A DNA stretch of 61,564 bases, the filler included. It is 3 parts of 3 records of this genome, joined end to end, with 100 filler letters (N's around TTAATTAATTAA, not from the genome) between each part and the next. Parts side by side here need not be neighbours in the genome. Positions count along the whole stretch, not along the records: positions 18,429 to 42,390 come from SRR31156797_8201; positions 42,491 to 61,564 come from SRR31156797_8202; 1 more part is not named here. One strand, given 5' to 3'. Position numbers and translations under genes: made by a program. Shown piece after piece: positions 36,965 to 47,112 of the stretch. Numbering within the stretch: the stretch's first letter is position 1; each line of letters starts with the position of its first letter. Below the pieces are notes generated by a model. It did not search any database. It had not been told where the DNA came from and saw only the letters and a program-made list of their open reading frames with translations.

Positions 36965-38758
36965 ATGAGTAAAATTCTAGGACATAGTTTTCACATTCCG
37001 GTTATGGGTACTGGTTTTACTGTGGATACTCCTGTAAAAGTGGCTCATTTGGGGATTTCATCAGTGGTTTCTATTGTTGATGATATTCTTGTTGAAAAGA
37101 TGAGAGAAATGTACTGTAAAAAGTTAAGTCTCCCCTTTAAGCCTATAACAGAAAAAACCAAAGATTTTCGTGCTGAGAGAATTACTTCCTATCTGAATTT
37201 ATTGGATAGTATGGTAAAAGAAAAGTTCGATAATCTAAAAGATTCCATTCAAGATAAAGGTAAAGAACTAGAGGAATATCTGGATATGCTGCCTGATTTT
37301 TCAGAAGTAAAACAGGAATTCAAAGAGAAATTTGCTGACAATCCTTACGTTAAGGAAGCTAAAGAATGGTTAAGTAACCATTTGCCTCTTGGGTCGATTG
37401 ATGTAAATATCATGACCAAATTAGACAAAGGAAACCGTTACGAAGGTGAAGATTTACCTGTAGAATTCAATGATGCCCATGCAGCTCTTCGTGGATTTGC
37501 GATGAGTAACCTGGAGAGCTCCATGGTCCTTTCTGCTGGAATGAACCCACGCTTGTATGGTTACCTTGAGCAGTTCGAAGATTTTTATCCTGATAGCTCT
37601 GGCTATATCAAGAAAAAAATCGTTCTGAAAGTAAGCGACTACAGGTCGGCTTTAATCCAGGGGCGATATCTTGCAAAAAAGGGAATTTGGATCTCTGAAT
37701 ACAGAATAGAATCTGGTTTAAATTGTGGCGGTCATGCTTTTGCAACCGACGGCTTTTTAATGGGACCTATTTTGCAGGAATTCAAAGAAAAAAGAGCTGA
37801 TCTGAAAGACAGTTTACAACAGGTATTAGTTCAGGCATTAACAGAGAAGAACAAACCAGTTCCTGCTAATCTTGAATTAAAAGTAACAGCACAAGGTGGA
37901 GTTGGAACTGCCGAAGAACACGAGTTCTTAATTAAGGAGTACAATTTGGACTCTATTGGTTGGGGATCTCCATTCTTGATGGTTCCTGAAGCTTGTGATG
38001 TTGATGAGAAAACTCTATCCCTTCTGGAAACTGCTGATGAAAAAGATCTTTCATTAAGTCATGCTTCTCCTTTGGGTGTTCGTTTTAATAATCTTAACGC
38101 AAACACCAGGGATGCGGATAAATGGGATCGTTTGGAAAAGAATCAGCCAGGTAGTGCGTGTACTAAAAAGTATATGATCGCTAATACTGAATTTACTAAG
38201 GAACCTATTTGTACAGCTTCAAGACAATATCAGAAATTAAAATTGGCTCATTTAAAAGAGCAAAATCTTCCAAGAGAAGAATACCAAAAAGAATTTAATC
38301 TTTTAATGGAGAAAACTTGTCTTTGTAAAGGATTGTCTGCGGCTTCTTATCTTGTAAATGATATTGATACCAAGCGCGATGGTGATGGAGTTTCCATTTG
38401 CCCTGGTCCAAACTTGGCATATTTTACCAAGAAAGTAAAGCTAAAGGAGATGATTGATCACATCTACAGCAGAACAAATCTTATTGATCGTACAGACAGA
38501 CCGCACATGTTTATCAAAGAATTGAATCTGTATTACGATTACCTTAAGGAGCAAGTAGGTGAATTAAAGAATCCTATTCCAAAACAGGTTAAATCGCTTG
38601 AAGGTTTTAAAAAGAATTTGCTGAATGGTGTAGACTATTATAAAAACCTTTCGCAAAAAGTCTCAGACAAATTCAACGATATGAAATCTCAAGTCGAAAA
38701 AGACCTCGAAAAACTAGAAGGAGAAATTAAAAATATCCTGATAAAAACAGATTCTTAG
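36965..38758 (+). CDS. Conserved hypothetical protein, probable FMN TIM-barrel (NMO/FabK/FabX-like) with Cys cluster
   Basis: SAGMNP, IESGLNCGGHA, AQGGVG, GWGSPFL, SPLGV, CTKK, CTAS, CLCKGL, CPGPN. Confidence 0.55.
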   Translation: MSKILGHSFHIPVMGTGFTVDTPVKVAHLGISSVVSIVDDILVEKMREMYCKKLSLPFKPITEKTKDFRAERITSYLNLLDSMVKEKFDNLKDSIQDKGKELEEYLDMLPDFSEVKQEFKEKFADNPYVKEAKEWLSNHLPLGSIDVNIMTKLDKGNRYEGEDLPVEFNDAHAALRGFAMSNLESSMVLSAGMNPRLYGYLEQFEDFYPDSSGYIKKKIVLKVSDYRSALIQGRYLAKKGIWISEYRIESGLNCGGHAFATDGFLMGPILQEFKEKRADLKDSLQQVLVQALTEKNKPVPANLELKVTAQGGVGTAEEHEFLIKEYNLDSIGWGSPFLMVPEACDVDEKTLSLLETADEKDLSLSHASPLGVRFNNLNANTRDADKWDRLEKNQPGSACTKKYMIANTEFTKEPICTASRQYQKLKLAHLKEQNLPREEYQKEFNLLMEKTCLCKGLSAASYLVNDIDTKRDGDGVSICPGPNLAYFTKKVKLKEMIDHIYSRTNLIDRTDRPHMFIKELNLYYDYLKEQVGELKNPIPKQVKSLEGFKKNLLNGVDYYKNLSQKVSDKFNDMKSQVEKDLEKLEGEIKNILIKTDS

Positions 38759-38763
38759 ATATC

Positions 38764-38796
38764 GAGAGCCAACCTTTAAAGGTTGGCTCTTTTTTT
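38764..38796 (+). terminator. Intrinsic terminator
   Basis: GAGCCAACC-TTTAAA-GGTTGGCTC plus T run, right after stop 38758. Confidence 0.85.
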
Positions 38797-39126
38797 CATA
38801 CAACACTGTACAACACTAAAGTACCTTACCATTTATGTTTCTATTGGCGTAAAATACCTATCCTATTTTGGGTGTATCGTTTTATCAATTTGGGTAAATG
38901 CCTTTAATATTTTCAAAAAAAAAGCATGCATATTTGTAAGGTGTTTGGGAGGTAACAACATTAAAGTGTTGTGAGTGACGAAAGAGTAGTTAATTTTCAA
39001 CTGCAATTAATATTTCAAATCCTACGTGAGGTTTAGGTTAGGGTTAGAATTGTGAGTAGGATTTGAAGTATTTATTTTAAAATGAAATTATTGGAACTTT
39101 TCCAAATTGTTAGTTTTTGCTTCAAA

Positions 39127-39168
39127 GCTGTAAGAAGGTCTTCACCAACCTTTTTGCAGTTTTTTTTT
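39127..39168 (+). terminator. Plus-strand terminator with no adjacent plus-strand gene
   Basis: 13-bp stem using G-U pairs that form only on the + strand, followed by a T run. Confidence 0.65.
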
Positions 39169-39173
39169 ATGGC

Positions 39174-39211
39174 AAAAAAACTGAATCCGATAATCGAACT
39201 CAGCTCTTTTT
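39174..39211 (-). terminator. Terminator of citrate synthase
   Basis: Minus strand GCTGAGTTCGA-TTA-TCGGATTCAGT plus T run. Confidence 0.7.
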
Positions 39212-39225
39212 TGACTTATAATTGT

Positions 39226-40560
39226 TTAGCTTTTCTCTGTTTCAACAATTTCCTTTTTTATGCCAGCAATTTTTTCCAGCATATCCGTAGTAATCGATTT
39301 TGGTCTTTCCAAAGGATAACCTAAAGCTCTATCCCAAATAATATTGGCACAAATACCAATTGATCTACCAATACCAAACAATACAGTATAGAAATCGTAC
39401 TCGGTAACTCCATAGTGCCACTGAATTACTCCTGATTGAGCATCGACATTTGGCCATGGATTTTTCGCTTTACCATGCTTTTGCAAAATTGGAGGAACCA
39501 CTTTGTAAAGCAAATCAGCATACTTAAAAATTGGATCTTCTGGCAAATGCTCTAAACTAAACTCACGTTGTAGCATATATCTTGGATCCGTTTTACGCAA
39601 TACTGCGTGACCAAAACCAGGAATCACCTGACCCGAATTTAAGGTATCCCAAACAAACTGTTGCATTTCTTCTTCAGTCGGCACTCGATTCCCCATTTTA
39701 TCCATAACTTCCTGCAACCATCTTAATACTTCCTGATTTGCCAATCCATGTAAAGGACCTGCTAAACCATTAATCATTGCTGAGATAGAAAGATAAATAT
39801 CCGATAAGGAACTTGCAACCAAGTGTCCTGTATGCGCACTCACGTTACCACTTTCGTGATCACTATGAATGATGAAATGCAATCGGGATACATCATCGTA
39901 AGGTTTAGCAATTCCCATCATGTGAGCAAAATTCCCGCCCATATCCAAATTAGGATCTGATTGAATTCTTGGTCCCTGTCGATATAACTTATTATAGATA
40001 TAAGAAGCAATCTCAGGTAGTTTAGCAAGCAAATTCAACGAATCCTCGTAAGTTGCTTCCCAATAATCCTTTTTATTTAATCCTGCGTGGTATTGTCTGT
40101 TAAAAACTGATTCTCTGTTTAAGGTTAAAATGGCCGTTGAAAATATTGCCATTGGATGGCTACAGCAAGGGAAAGAATCAATCACTTCATAGACATACCT
40201 AGGAACAATTCTTCTTTTACTAAACTCATCAACAACCTGCATTACCTCTTCCTGATTTGGGAAATCACCTGTTAAAAGAAGATAAAATAATCCTTCCACA
40301 TAAGGCATATCTCCACCTTTTGGTTTTGGCAAATGCTTAATAACCTCTCCAAGCGTATAACCTCGGTATCTGATACCTTCTTCAGGATCAAGATAAGAAA
40401 TATCAGTAACCAGTGATTTCAACCCCCTCATACCACCAATAACCTGAGATATAGTTACATTATCGACAACTACATCCCCGTATTCTTTCAATAATTTTGA
40501 TGTTCTTGGTCTTTGTTCTTCAATTTTTTCGAATAAGGTTTGTTTTAGTGTTTTTTTCAT
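39226..40560 (-). CDS. gltA: Citrate (Si)-synthase, eukaryote-like type
   Basis: GGMRG, LDPEEGIRYRG, HSDHESGNVSAH, GLAGPLHGLANQEV, PGFGHAVLRKTDPRY, NPWPNVDA. Confidence 0.92.
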   Translation of the reverse strand: MKKTLKQTLFEKIEEQRPRTSKLLKEYGDVVVDNVTISQVIGGMRGLKSLVTDISYLDPEEGIRYRGYTLGEVIKHLPKPKGGDMPYVEGLFYLLLTGDFPNQEEVMQVVDEFSKRRIVPRYVYEVIDSFPCCSHPMAIFSTAILTLNRESVFNRQYHAGLNKKDYWEATYEDSLNLLAKLPEIASYIYNKLYRQGPRIQSDPNLDMGGNFAHMMGIAKPYDDVSRLHFIIHSDHESGNVSAHTGHLVASSLSDIYLSISAMINGLAGPLHGLANQEVLRWLQEVMDKMGNRVPTEEEMQQFVWDTLNSGQVIPGFGHAVLRKTDPRYMLQREFSLEHLPEDPIFKYADLLYKVVPPILQKHGKAKNPWPNVDAQSGVIQWHYGVTEYDFYTVLFGIGRSIGICANIIWDRALGYPLERPKSITTDMLEKIAGIKKEIVETEKS

Positions 40561-40631
40561 ATGGTCTAAACTTTTAAAATCTGAAACCACGCGGGGTAAT
40601 TGGTTTCATAGTTATGTAATGTTTATTGTTT

Positions 40632-42390
40632 TTAGCTATTCTGTTTTCTAATTAAATTTAAAGCACTACCAGCTTTAAACCACTCAATCTGCACATCATT
40701 GTACGAATGGTTCACTACAACTTTATCAGTTGTACCATCTTCATGAGTTAATTTTAGACTTAATGATTTTCCTGCTTGAAAATCCGTTAAACCAAGAATA
40801 TCAATTTTGTCTTTTTCCTGAATTTTATCGTAATCAGCTTTATCTGCAAATGTTAGAGCCAATACACCTTGCTTTTTAAGGTTGGTTTCATGAATACGAG
40901 CAAATGAACGTACAATGACTGCCTTCACACCTAAATGACGTGGTTCCATTGCTGCATGCTCTCTTGATGATCCTTCGCCATAATTTTCGTCTCCTACAAC
41001 TATAGATCCGATTCCACTTGCTTTTAAAGCTCGTGCCGTTACAGGAACTTCGTTGTACTCTTTCGATACCGGATTGTAAATTGAGTTGGTTTCCTCGTTA
41101 TAGAAGTTCACCGCTCCAATTAACATGTTATTCGAAATATTATCTAAGTGTCCACGGAAACGCAACCAAGGTCCAGCCATTGAGATATGATCGGTTGTAC
41201 ATTTTCCTTTTGCTTTTATAAGCAGATTCAATCCTTCATAGTTCTTGCCATTCCAATTTTCAAAAGGAGCTAACAATTGTAATCTCTCAGAATCCTCATT
41301 CACCTCAATAACAACACCTGATCCATTTTCATTCGGAGCCAAATATCCCGAATCTTTCATATCAAATCCGTTTGGAGGAAATTCAAATCCTTTAGGCTCA
41401 TCCAACTTCACCTCTACTCCATCTTCATTAATCAGAGTATCTGTCATTGGATTAAAACATAAATCACCTGCAATTGCCATTGCCGTTACAAGTTCTGGTG
41501 ATGCTACAAATCCGTGAGTATTTGGATTCCCATCATTTCTCTTTGCAAAATTTCTGTTGAAAGAAGTAATTATTGAATTTTTCCTTGTAGGATCATCCGT
41601 ATGACGTTTCCATTGCCCGATACATGGACCGCAGGCATTCGCCATAATAACCCCACCAATATCTTCAAATTCCTTTAAAATACCATCTCTTTCGGTAGTA
41701 TAGCGAACCAACTCAGAACCTGGTGTCACAACAAATTCCGCTTTTACTTTCAACTTCTTATCTTTTGCTTGCTTTGCTAAAGATGCTGCTCTTGATAAAT
41801 CTTCATAGGAAGAATTTGTACAGGACCCAATCAAACCAACTTCAAGAGTTTGTGGATAATCATTTTTTTTAACCGCATTGGCAAAATTACTTAGGTCATG
41901 AGCCAAATCAGGTGTAAACGGACCGTTAATATATGGCTGTAATTCTGATAAATTAATCTCAATTACTTGGTCGTAATATTGCTCAGGATTCGCAAATACT
42001 TCTCCATCAGCACGAAGATGTTCCATTACTTCATCAGCTAAATCTGCAACTTTCTCGCGTTCGGTATGACGTAAATAATTACTCATATTCTGATCGTAAG
42101 CAAAAATAGAAGTAGTTGCACCAATTTCAGCTCCCATATTACAAATTGTTCCTTTACCTGTACATGACATGGCATCGGCACCTTCTCCAAAATATTCTAC
42201 AATTGCACCAGTTCCTCCTTTTACGGTAAGAATTCCTGCAACTTTCAAAATCACATCTTTAGGCGATACCCAACCACTTAATTTCCCAGTTAGTTTAACC
42301 CCAATTAATTTAGGCATTTTTAGTTCCCAAGGCATACCAGCCATTACATCTACAGCATCTGCACCACCAACACCAATGGCAACCATTCCC
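40632..42390 (-). CDS. acnA: Aconitate hydratase, mitochondrial-like type (5' end truncated by gap)
   Basis: [64 protein letters not shown]. Confidence 0.92.
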
Positions 42391-42490
42391 NNNNNNNNNN
42401 NNNNNNNNNNNNNNNNNNNNNNNNNNNNNNNNNNTTAATTAATTAANNNNNNNNNNNNNNNNNNNNNNNNNNNNNNNNNNNNNNNNNNNN
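42391..42490. other. Artificial contig linker N44-TTAATTAATTAA-N44
   Basis: Same design as the first linker; 12-mer at 42435-42446. Confidence 0.97.
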
Positions 42491-42706
<216 letters not shown>

Positions 42707-42750
42707 TTATATTCTCCTGATCTGGAAAAAATTAATTTATTAAGGGGATA

Positions 42751-43023
42751 TTACTCGACAATTGCGAGGATTTCGTCTTCGCGCATGATGATGAATTCGT
42801 CAGCGTCGATTTTCAGTTCGTTACCGGCGTATTTGGCGAAGAGAACTACGTCGCCGGCTTTAACGGTCATGGGGTTGTTGTCTTTACCGGGACCGGCAGC
42901 AACAACTTCACCTTTCATGGGCTTTTCTTTTGCGGAATCGGGGATGATGATGCCGCTGGCGGTCTTCTGTTCAGATTCTACACGCTTGATGAGTACACGA
43001 TCCTGTAAAGGCTTGAGATTCAT
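42751..43023 (-). CDS. groES: Co-chaperonin GroES
   Basis: [37 protein letters not shown]. Confidence 0.97.
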   Translation of the reverse strand: MNLKPLQDRVLIKRVESEQKTASGIIIPDSAKEKPMKGEVVAAGPGKDNNPMTVKAGDVVLFAKYAGNELKIDADEFIIMREDEILAIVE

Positions 43024-43505
43024 GGTTCCTCCAGAATAAATAAACTTTTTAGATAAGATAAGTAATCCGCGAAGTTAAGGCGGATCATACTTTTAAATTT
43101 CAAAGCCTGCGTATCTCAGCAGGCCGGATGCTTCCGCAGAAGCTGAAATAAATTAAGACAGCCTGCGAATATGTCAACACCGTGGGCCGAAAAAAAGTGA
43201 TGCTTTTTTTTAGCAGTTTCAGATTATGAGACTTGAATCAATTTTGAGACCATTCCGTTCTTTTGGCTCAATCTGCTTGACATTCCTTCGTAAATGCCTG
43301 TAAGCCGCCCATTCCGCCCTGATTTTTCGGGCCCGCTGCACCGGCGAAAAGTTTCTCTTTTGTGCTTTCCACTGAATATAATTACTTCTCAGGTTAAGAT
43401 TCGCTTTTCGCTATGGCTTTTTCTAAATTTCTGGTGTAGTGGGCTTTAAGGGGTACGGACATCCGCAGCCTGAGTGCGGGAAAAATACTTTTGAAGGAGT
43501 TAACT

Positions 43506-43778
43506 ATGAGTAAAACTGTTCTTGTTAAGAAAATCCGGGAAAAACTGGAGCTGAGTGCAAAAGACGCATCTGCCGCACTGGACGGCGTTCTCGGCGCAAT
43601 CGAAGACGGCCTCAAAGAAGAAGGCAATGTTACCCTTACAGGTTTCGGTACATTTAAGACTGTAGAGCGTTCCGCACGCACCGGACGCAACCCCCAGACC
43701 GGCGAAGCTATCCAGATCCCCGCTTCCCGTGGCGTTAAATTCACTCCCGGAAAATTCCTCAAGGACGCAGTTAAATAA
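43506..43778 (+). CDS. hup: HU family DNA-binding protein
   Basis: GFGTF, ARTGRNPQTG, KFTPGK; AAGGAG RBS. Confidence 0.95.
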   Translation: MSKTVLVKKIREKLELSAKDASAALDGVLGAIEDGLKEEGNVTLTGFGTFKTVERSARTGRNPQTGEAIQIPASRGVKFTPGKFLKDAVK

Positions 43779-43799
43779 TTCTGGTTCTGACGAAGCTTT

Positions 43800-43837
43800 A
43801 AAGCCGTTTCCGGGTAACACCGGAAACGGCTTTTTTT
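43800..43837 (+). terminator. Intrinsic terminator after hup
   Basis: AAGCCGTTTCCGG / CCGGAAACGGCTT plus T run. Confidence 0.9.
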
Positions 43838-43969
43838 ATGTGTACAATAAAAAAGATTACTCATAGCCTTCCTCTCGCTCCACTGCGCTTCCGGTTGAAG
43901 ATGATAAAAAATGTCATGCGCTAATTAATTAAAATATCTAGCTGAGTTTCAAGCTATTGGAGTTGATAT

Positions 43970-45340
43970 ATGAAATCGTTATGGAATAAACCCTTCGGTT
44001 ATAAGCATGTGCTTGATATAAGTATGCCCCTTGCTGTGAGTATGGCTTCCACCACCATAATGCAGGTCACAGACCGCATTTTTCTTGGACGTTATTCCAT
44101 GGAGGCTATTGCTGCTGCACTGCCTGCGGGGATCATGTCCTTTCTGTTTATTTCGTTTTTTATGGGAGTGGCCAGTTATATTAATGTATTTATCGCCCAG
44201 TACACCGGAGCAGCAAAACCGGAACGGGTGGCATCAAGTCTCTGGCAGGGCATATATTTTGCGCTTGGAGCTTGGGTGATTCTTGGCGTCATGGGCTTTT
44301 GGCTGACGCCGCTTTTGGAAAGCGGCGGCCATCCCCCTGAAGTGTTGGAGCTTGAGATTCAATACTTCCGAATTCTTATGCTCGGCGCAGGGCTGCCTGT
44401 GCTCGATACCGCTCTTTCCGGTTTTTTTGCCGGCCGCGGCCTGACCCGCACGGTCATGGTGGTCAATATGATCGGTGCGGCCGTGAATATCCCCTTGGAC
44501 TATGCGCTCATCAATGGATTCTGGTTTATTCCTGAAATGGGCATCCGTGGAGCAGCCATAGCCACGCTCACTGCCGGGGCGGTAATTGTGAGCATCTACA
44601 TTCCGCTTATCTTTAGCAGGGACAATGAAAAAGCTTTCAAGACCCGCAGTAACTTTCGTTTTGAGCCGGAACTTTTCAGGAGGTTCATCTCGTTCGGTCT
44701 TTCCAATGGTATGCAGTTCTTTCTTGATATATTCGCGATCACCTTTTTTGTGTACATGGTCGGGCGGCTGGGAACCGTTATCCTCGCGGCCAGCAATATT
44801 GTCCTTTCCATTGATGGGGTCTCATTTTTTCCGGCATACGGGATTGCGGTGGGGGTGAGTACGCTGGTTGGTCAGGCTATTGGGCAGGGCAGGCCGGATT
44901 ATGCCAGACGGGCTACTAAATGCGCTATGCATATTACAACTGTCTGGATGCTTTTCATGGGGTTGATTTATCTGGTTTTCCCGGAATTGCTATTGTCCCT
45001 GTTCCGTCCAGACAATATTACTGATGCAGTATTTGCTGATGTGCTGGATTACGGAACTCATTTTCTGCTCTTTACCGCAGCATATATTCTTTTCGACGGA
45101 ACAGCACTTGTCTATTCCGGTGCTCTTAAGGGAGCCGGTGATGTTGTCTATGTCATGAAGAGCGTAGGCTTATGCTGTATAGCGGTGATGGTTGTTCCAT
45201 GCTACATGGGAGTAGAGGTATATCCTTCCGGGCCGTACTTCCTGTGGGCGATCTTTACCCTGTATGTAATCGTTCTGGCAGCAGCCTTCTATTGGCGCTT
45301 TCAGGGCGGAAAATGGGAGAGTATGCGGGTTATTGAATAG
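43970..45340 (+). CDS. MATE family efflux transporter
   Basis: About 12 TMs, TDRIFLG, NIPLDY, GIRGAAIAT, LVGQAIG, GALKGAGD. Confidence 0.9.
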   Translation: MKSLWNKPFGYKHVLDISMPLAVSMASTTIMQVTDRIFLGRYSMEAIAAALPAGIMSFLFISFFMGVASYINVFIAQYTGAAKPERVASSLWQGIYFALGAWVILGVMGFWLTPLLESGGHPPEVLELEIQYFRILMLGAGLPVLDTALSGFFAGRGLTRTVMVVNMIGAAVNIPLDYALINGFWFIPEMGIRGAAIATLTAGAVIVSIYIPLIFSRDNEKAFKTRSNFRFEPELFRRFISFGLSNGMQFFLDIFAITFFVYMVGRLGTVILAASNIVLSIDGVSFFPAYGIAVGVSTLVGQAIGQGRPDYARRATKCAMHITTVWMLFMGLIYLVFPELLLSLFRPDNITDAVFADVLDYGTHFLLFTAAYILFDGTALVYSGALKGAGDVVYVMKSVGLCCIAVMVVPCYMGVEVYPSGPYFLWAIFTLYVIVLAAAFYWRFQGGKWESMRVIE

Positions 45341-45366
45341 CATAACACTATATTCTTAATGTTAGG

Positions 45367-45398
45367 AGCGGATCAGGAAAACTGATCCGCTTTTTTTT
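45367..45398 (+). terminator. Intrinsic terminator
   Basis: AGCGGATCAG / CTGATCCGCT plus T run. Confidence 0.85.
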
Positions 45399-45488
45399 AG
45401 TATTAGTTTTATTGTTAGTTTTGCTTTAACTGGATATCCTTGATCTATTGTTTAAGGGTTGGTAGTTATGTTCATTCAATTGTAGGGG

Positions 45489-47003
45489 GTGAATTTAATG
45501 GGGAGGAAAGAATTGTTTAGAGAGTTTATATTGGTATTAATGGTTGCTTTGCTGGTTATGCTTTTTGCGTTTCCTGTTTGTGCCGAAGATTTATATATCG
45601 CGGATCATTCAGATGGATCTATTACTGTTATTGATTCTGAGGACCACCCCGTTTCCGGTGCTCCTGTTTCAAAGCAGCATATCTCCGGAGGGAAGACAGG
45701 ACTTTCCGGGCAAGATGTATTTGGGCTTTTAGTTTACAATAATGAGCTGTTTGCAACCAATGATGGTAGTGGGGCACCTGTCGCTTTACTCGTGTTTGAT
45801 GCTGCAGCTACGGGCAATGTTGAACCTAAACGTAAAATTACAAGTCTCAACACTCCCCGTGGAGTGGCTGCTGCAGGGTCAGAGTTATTTGTCGGCGATA
45901 TCGATGGTAGAGGTTTTGTAAAAGTTTTTAATATTAATGATTCAGGTGATACTGCCCCCAAAAGGATCATAAGCAGTGACACACTTAACACCGTATGGAA
46001 GTTGGCTGTGTCAGGCTCAGAGGTGTTTGTTAGTTCTGGTAGTAAAATTTATGTTTTTGATAAAACAGCCAATTCAAAGGTTGAGCCTAAACGGGTTATT
46101 GAGCATAAGACTGTCGCTTTTAACAATGCTATAGGCTTAGCTGTTGAAGGCGGTTTTGTTTATGTGGGGGACGCCCATGGTAGAATTATGGTCTTTCCTG
46201 TTTCGTCCAATGGAAAAGTGGAGCCCATAGCGACAATTAGTGGTGGGTTGACCGGAATTGCTGATCCTTTCGGGATAGTAGTTAAGAATGGTTATATTTA
46301 TGCTTCCGAGTATAGTCATAACAAGATTAACGTATTTAAGACTACCGATAGTGGTAATGTAGCCCCGCAATGGAAATATTCCAGTGCTGACTTTCCTAGA
46401 CCATTGACGCTTGCAATGGTTGCCAACGGCTACGTGCGTCCCTCAGAGCATCAGCAGAGCGGGGTGAACGTATCACTAATTACTGACACTGAAAATGCGA
46501 CCAGTGATACCGTTTTGCAGGATGCTTACCATATCCCACCTAATTTTGAGTTGCGTGCTCCGGTTGGGGCTTTTACTGCTACAGTAGATAGTAACGGTGC
46601 TAATGGAGTCTTCCGTTTCAATTCGACAAGTCTGAATGGAACTACTGGTGATGTTCGCCTGTATAAGTGCTTTGATACCAATGGAACCAGCATGGTTTTT
46701 GGAGCCTATTCCACGGCCATTGACCCTGACACCGAAGGGGCGTGGTGGCTTGAAGATAATGATGGCAACTATATCGATTCTGGTTCTACTCTAATTCAAG
46801 GTACTAATTACTGGGTCAACTACGTTGTGAAAGACAACGGCATTTATGACGAAGACCGGACTTTGGGTTCAATTAAAGATCCTGCTGCGTTGGGGGCTGT
46901 AAATGGTGGAGGAGGGTGTGTTATGAATCCCGCAGCCGGATTCGGTCTGGAGTGGGTGTTGCTGGCTTTTGCTACCGTAATCGGACTGGTTACTCGAAGG
47001 TAA
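45489..47003 (+). CDS. Secreted beta-propeller repeat protein with C-terminal Gly-Cys/TM/RR sorting signal
   Basis: Signal peptide; five GNVEPKR-like repeats; DNGIYDED..GSIKDP; GGGGCVMNP + hydrophobic helix + RR. Confidence 0.7.
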   Translation: MNLMGRKELFREFILVLMVALLVMLFAFPVCAEDLYIADHSDGSITVIDSEDHPVSGAPVSKQHISGGKTGLSGQDVFGLLVYNNELFATNDGSGAPVALLVFDAAATGNVEPKRKITSLNTPRGVAAAGSELFVGDIDGRGFVKVFNINDSGDTAPKRIISSDTLNTVWKLAVSGSEVFVSSGSKIYVFDKTANSKVEPKRVIEHKTVAFNNAIGLAVEGGFVYVGDAHGRIMVFPVSSNGKVEPIATISGGLTGIADPFGIVVKNGYIYASEYSHNKINVFKTTDSGNVAPQWKYSSADFPRPLTLAMVANGYVRPSEHQQSGVNVSLITDTENATSDTVLQDAYHIPPNFELRAPVGAFTATVDSNGANGVFRFNSTSLNGTTGDVRLYKCFDTNGTSMVFGAYSTAIDPDTEGAWWLEDNDGNYIDSGSTLIQGTNYWVNYVVKDNGIYDEDRTLGSIKDPAALGAVNGGGGCVMNPAAGFGLEWVLLAFATVIGLVTRR

Positions 47004-47054
47004 GTTTTGATTGCTCTTTTGCAGTTGATATCTGTTTTAGTGCAAATATCTAAC

Positions 47055-47090
47055 AAAAAAGGCCGGGTTGATTGAATTCAACCCGGCCTT
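47055..47090. terminator. Terminator between convergent genes
   Basis: AAGGCCGGGTTGA / TCAACCCGGCCTT with an A run on the left. Confidence 0.8.
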
Positions 47091-47112
47091 ATCTTTTTAT
47101 GCAAAAGGGATA

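Noticed and set aside
38783-39324. Short ORFs 38783-38974 and 39082-39324
   Set aside because: They span terminators or overlap citrate synthase and show no protein-like features.
43210-43236. CIRCE element upstream of groES
   Set aside because: TTAGCAGTT-N9-GAGACTTGA has a poor right arm and lies upstream of the likely promoter.
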